Shown piece after piece: positions 61,765 through 64,000 of a DNA stretch of 64,000 bases. The first letter of the stretch is position 1, and the number at the start of each line of letters is the position of its first letter. Under the pieces are notes generated by a model. That model worked only from the letters and a program-made list of their open reading frames with translations, was not told where the DNA came from and did not search any database. A program made the position numbers and the translations under genes. This stretch comes from Clostridia bacterium (GTDB taxonomy: Bacteria > Bacillota > Clostridia > TANB77 > CAG-508), in assembly GCA_900768805.1 (NCBI GenBank), contig CAAGEF010000115.1, positions 11,407-75,406 of the forward strand, given 5' to 3'.

Positions 61765-62793
61765 TTAATTATTAATATTATTTAAAAGTGTGTTTGCCCA
61801 ACCATATACTGCATTTACGGCACTTAGGTAAGATTTTCTTTCGTATTCAGGTAATTCATTAATATGATCAGTTAACCAAGCATATCCACCTGTTTTTTCA
61901 ATAAAATCTGCGACTCTAGAACAAAAGAAAATAGTTGAATCTTTAAGTTTTTTATTATATTGTTCAGTAGGAGTTATTTCTTTCATTTTCTCAATCTGTT
62001 TACGCAATTCTTGAAGTTCTGAAACTTTATTTTTATATTGAGTTTTCAAATTAGAATAATCTTTTTTATAATCTTCAAGTAATTTTTTAGTAGTTTCATA
62101 ATCTTCTGGCTTTGGTGGATTCTCTTTTAATTTTTTGATTTCATCAATATATTCTTTAACTTGTGATTGAGTAACTTTTTTAGTAGTATCTAAAGAAGAA
62201 ATAAGTTCTAACTGTTCTTCTTCAGATAAATTACGCATAATAGCAAGAGCAGTAGTAGGTGTAGCAATTCCTGTATCTACTAATTCTTCAAGCTCTGGTA
62301 TCATTTCTGTGAGCTTTTTATAGTTTTGAAGAGTATCTACAGAAATACCTATTTCTTTTGCTAAATCTTCTTGAGAATTAATTACCGAATTATTCGGTAG
62401 TTTTTTTTGTGGTCTTCCTTCACGAATCCCATAAATCCTTTCAAGTTCCTTGATACATCTTCCTAATTTCATTGGATTTGGATTGCCTATGCCTCTTTGA
62501 CGTATGTTCGTTTCAATAAGGTCAGCTAAAATTTCATCTTCAGATTCATAAATTTTAATTTCAGCATTAACTTGCTTGATTCCAAGTTCCTTTAATCCTC
62601 TTACTCTTTGATGCCCTGAAACAATGGTTTTATCTTGTGTAATAACAATTGGTTCAACATTTCCAGTTTTACCATTCTTGATACGTTCACGCATTGAATC
62701 TAAAAATTGTTCCCAATTTGACCCAACAATATCATCAAAAAACTCATTGTTTCTTGGATGTGGTTTTAATTCATTAATGTTAATTTGCTGCAT
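61765..62793 (-). CDS. ParB-like nuclease domain protein
   Basis: N-terminal ELKPHPRNNEFFDD...EPIVITQDKTIVSGHQRVRGLKELG (ParB N-domain) with a C-terminal coiled coil. Confidence 0.6.
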   Translation of the reverse strand: MQQININELKPHPRNNEFFDDIVGSNWEQFLDSMRERIKNGKTGNVEPIVITQDKTIVSGHQRVRGLKELGIKQVNAEIKIYESEDEILADLIETNIRQRGIGNPNPMKLGRCIKELERIYGIREGRPQKKLPNNSVINSQEDLAKEIGISVDTLQNYKKLTEMIPELEELVDTGIATPTTALAIMRNLSEEEQLELISSLDTTKKVTQSQVKEYIDEIKKLKENPPKPEDYETTKKLLEDYKKDYSNLKTQYKNKVSELQELRKQIEKMKEITPTEQYNKKLKDSTIFFCSRVADFIEKTGGYAWLTDHINELPEYERKSYLSAVNAVYGWANTLLNNINN

Positions 62794-62816
62794 TTTACTA
62801 TCCTTTCTATAATATA

Positions 62817-62838
62817 CTTTTAATTATGATTAGTTTAT
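62817..62838. repeat. recurrent intergenic motif copy
   Basis: CTTTTAATTATGATTAGTTTAT; the motif contains the TAA stop of 62830..63819. Confidence 0.5.
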
Positions 62839-63819
62839 GTATTCTTGCTTATCAATCCAATCCTGTAACAACATTCTCATTCGTTTACTTGGTATATATA
62901 CAGTGATATGTTTTCCTTCTCTAATACTTGATCTCCATATAAATTGTAACATTTCTGATAAGGCATATTCATCTTCAAAAATATGTATTCCATGACTTTG
63001 AAAAAATTGCTTTATTAATGGATTAAAATATTTGTTTACAAGATAAGCAATGGTAGTGCGATTTCTATATTCATTTGTGGCTCTCATGTTTGAAGATAGA
63101 TACCCTTTTGAGTATCCTTTTCCAGCAATGATATTTTTGAAATCTTTAAAAGTAGTCCACAAATTATTATTTGACTTGGATTTCTCCCATTTACCATTAT
63201 TATATACCGTTAATTTATTATTGAAGAAATTCAATGTATTATTCTTTAATTGCTTTAACAATACATTTTTCTTATTTCGTTCATACCATGTCTTTGATAA
63301 AGAATAATCTGAATCACCTATCATATTAAGCTTATCATCATCAAATATAGTAATAAGCTCTTTATAATTATATTTATGTATGTATTTTTGCTCAGTTGTT
63401 GTAAAATGATAAGTATTTAAACTGTCCCCCTGGACATATAAATATTTATAATTTAAACCATAAAAATCATAATAGTATTTTTGCATTTGAGCATTAAACA
63501 TATAAGTTAATATATAACTCTCTCTAAAGGCTTTAAATATCTTCGTAGGGAACATCCAAAGCATTATTGCATTACCATACATAGCCAAGCAGTCCATATC
63601 ACACAATCTTTTCTCTTGAATAAATTTATCTCCATGATAATCCTGTTGGTCTTCTCTCCATTTTAATAAACCATTGTCTTCTACATATACTAAATTCCCT
63701 AAGAGAATGTCTAAATCATTCTTCTCTATATAATATGGTTCAATTACTTCAGTTACTTCATCCATAATTAATATATATCCTTGTGAATAACACAAATCTA
63801 TAATCTCATCATCAAACAA
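62830..63819 (-). CDS. hypothetical protein, possibly 5'-truncated at the window edge
   Basis: 329 aa from the first Met. Contains ILIMDEVTE (Walker-B-like). The frame may continue upstream beyond the window. Confidence 0.3.
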   Translation of the reverse strand: MFDDEIIDLCYSQGYILIMDEVTEVIEPYYIEKNDLDILLGNLVYVEDNGLLKWREDQQDYHGDKFIQEKRLCDMDCLAMYGNAIMLWMFPTKIFKAFRESYILTYMFNAQMQKYYYDFYGLNYKYLYVQGDSLNTYHFTTTEQKYIHKYNYKELITIFDDDKLNMIGDSDYSLSKTWYERNKKNVLLKQLKNNTLNFFNNKLTVYNNGKWEKSKSNNNLWTTFKDFKNIIAGKGYSKGYLSSNMRATNEYRNRTTIAYLVNKYFNPLIKQFFQSHGIHIFEDEYALSEMLQFIWRSSIREGKHITVYIPSKRMRMLLQDWIDKQEYIN

Positions 63820-64000
63820 ATGAAATAGAGCATGAGTAGTAGCTATGTTGTTTCCTTTATTTAATAAATTTTTGAGACTTATGATTTTAGGTGTTTTAGA
63901 TGTATATTTTTCTGGTTGCTTGAAGTTTTTATTTGGACAATTCTCAATTATACGCTTAACTTCTTCTATATAAGGAGTTATATAAATGAACTTCTTATCT

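Noticed and set aside
3668-62838. Reading the recurrent intergenic motif as an ordinary sigma-A promoter
   Set aside because: Only the central 17-20-mer is conserved. The positions where -35 and -10 hexamers would fall vary between copies. Kept as a motif of unknown function.
1-64000. Shadow ORFs antisense to or nested inside the long annotated genes: plus-strand 12353..12622, 12765..12953, 13431..13997, 13618..13803, 14517..14720, 14958..15188, 15133..15318, 15414..15623, 21170..21418, 58627..59022, 10749..11030, 11415..11669, 18302..18655, 18933..19184, 19905..20096, 25969..26277, 27199..27393, 27634..27846, 28597..29034, 37175..37360, 38638..38838, 39040..39282, 40030..40224, 41065..41253, 41626..41847, 41783..41968, 42003..42197, 44127..44312, 46288..46482, 46861..47079, 49219..49431, 51293..51550, 57090..57290, 57203..57451, 57752..58003, 60728..60967, 62624..62812, 63050..63307, 249..461, 1571..1861 and 2263..2466; minus-strand 43924..44106
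   Set aside because: Low-complexity translations of AT-rich sequence lying entirely inside long minus-strand genes, with no RBS. Treated as frame-shadow ORFs.
1-64000. CRISPR arrays, rRNA genes, transposase/IS elements
   Set aside because: No spaced direct-repeat arrays, no rRNA-like conserved tracts and no transposase-like ORFs were seen.

Overview
AT-rich (~28-30% GC) caudovirus genome segment, most likely a siphovirus-type phage or prophage of a low-GC Firmicute. Nearly every gene is on the minus strand. Reading 5'->3' on that strand the window runs: replication and host-takeover genes (ParB-like nuclease, YqeY-domain protein, a cysteine desulfurase broken into three ORFs, CoiA-like protein, a 979-aa unknown, an HU gene, six tRNAs, an MBL/beta-CASP RNase, ClpP, a metallophosphoesterase); the packaging and head genes (large terminase, portal, scaffold-like, decoration-like, capsid); the tail genes (major tail protein, chaperone-like, tape measure, Dit/Tal-like, fibres including one collagen-like and one with BspA-type LRRs). 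Three findings stand out. (1) The large terminase gene is split by a group I intron carrying a LAGLIDADG homing endonuclease; conceptual splicing restores the Walker A to Walker B continuity. (2) The tape-measure gene is split twice. Intron 1 is a group I intron carrying a decayed DUF559/Vsr-like endonuclease gene; conceptual splicing restores the TP901-type TMP core motif DVLNEVG|NNYAISTDELASALQRS and gives a ~3,400-3,500-aa TMP. (3) The second TMP interruption (~2.2 kb) has a group I-like core and, on the opposite strand, a self-contained cassette. The cassette holds a perfect-consensus sigma-A promoter driving a double zinc-ribbon protein, followed by three tandem type I toxin-antitoxin-like modules. 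Each module has a 26-30-aa hydrophobic bsrE/bsrG/Hol-Tox-like peptide, a bidirectional terminator, a convergent antisense sRNA with a perfect TTGACG-N17-TATAAT promoter, and an inverted-repeat motif pair. Other observations: free-standing LAGLIDADG, HNH and T5orf172 endonuclease genes; a tyrosine integrase and RusA sitting between tail genes; a ~20-nt motif recurring at least 10 times directly after stop codons; and a ~480-nt structured non-coding tract after the major tail gene. Most ORFs lack recognisable family motifs; where a call rests on pattern alone this is stated in the feature's evidence field. The ORFs in the six-frame track at 3238..3426, 6649..6837, 7790..8038, 18186..18374, 49872..50081 and 57160..57417 (minus strand), and 29856..30044, 30225..30425, 31578..31793 and 48732..48938 (plus strand), were not assessed individually. 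Most are shadow ORFs embedded in annotated genes; a few lie wholly or partly in intergenic DNA (31578..31793, 48732..48938, 30225..30425). No CRISPR array, rRNA or insertion sequence was seen.
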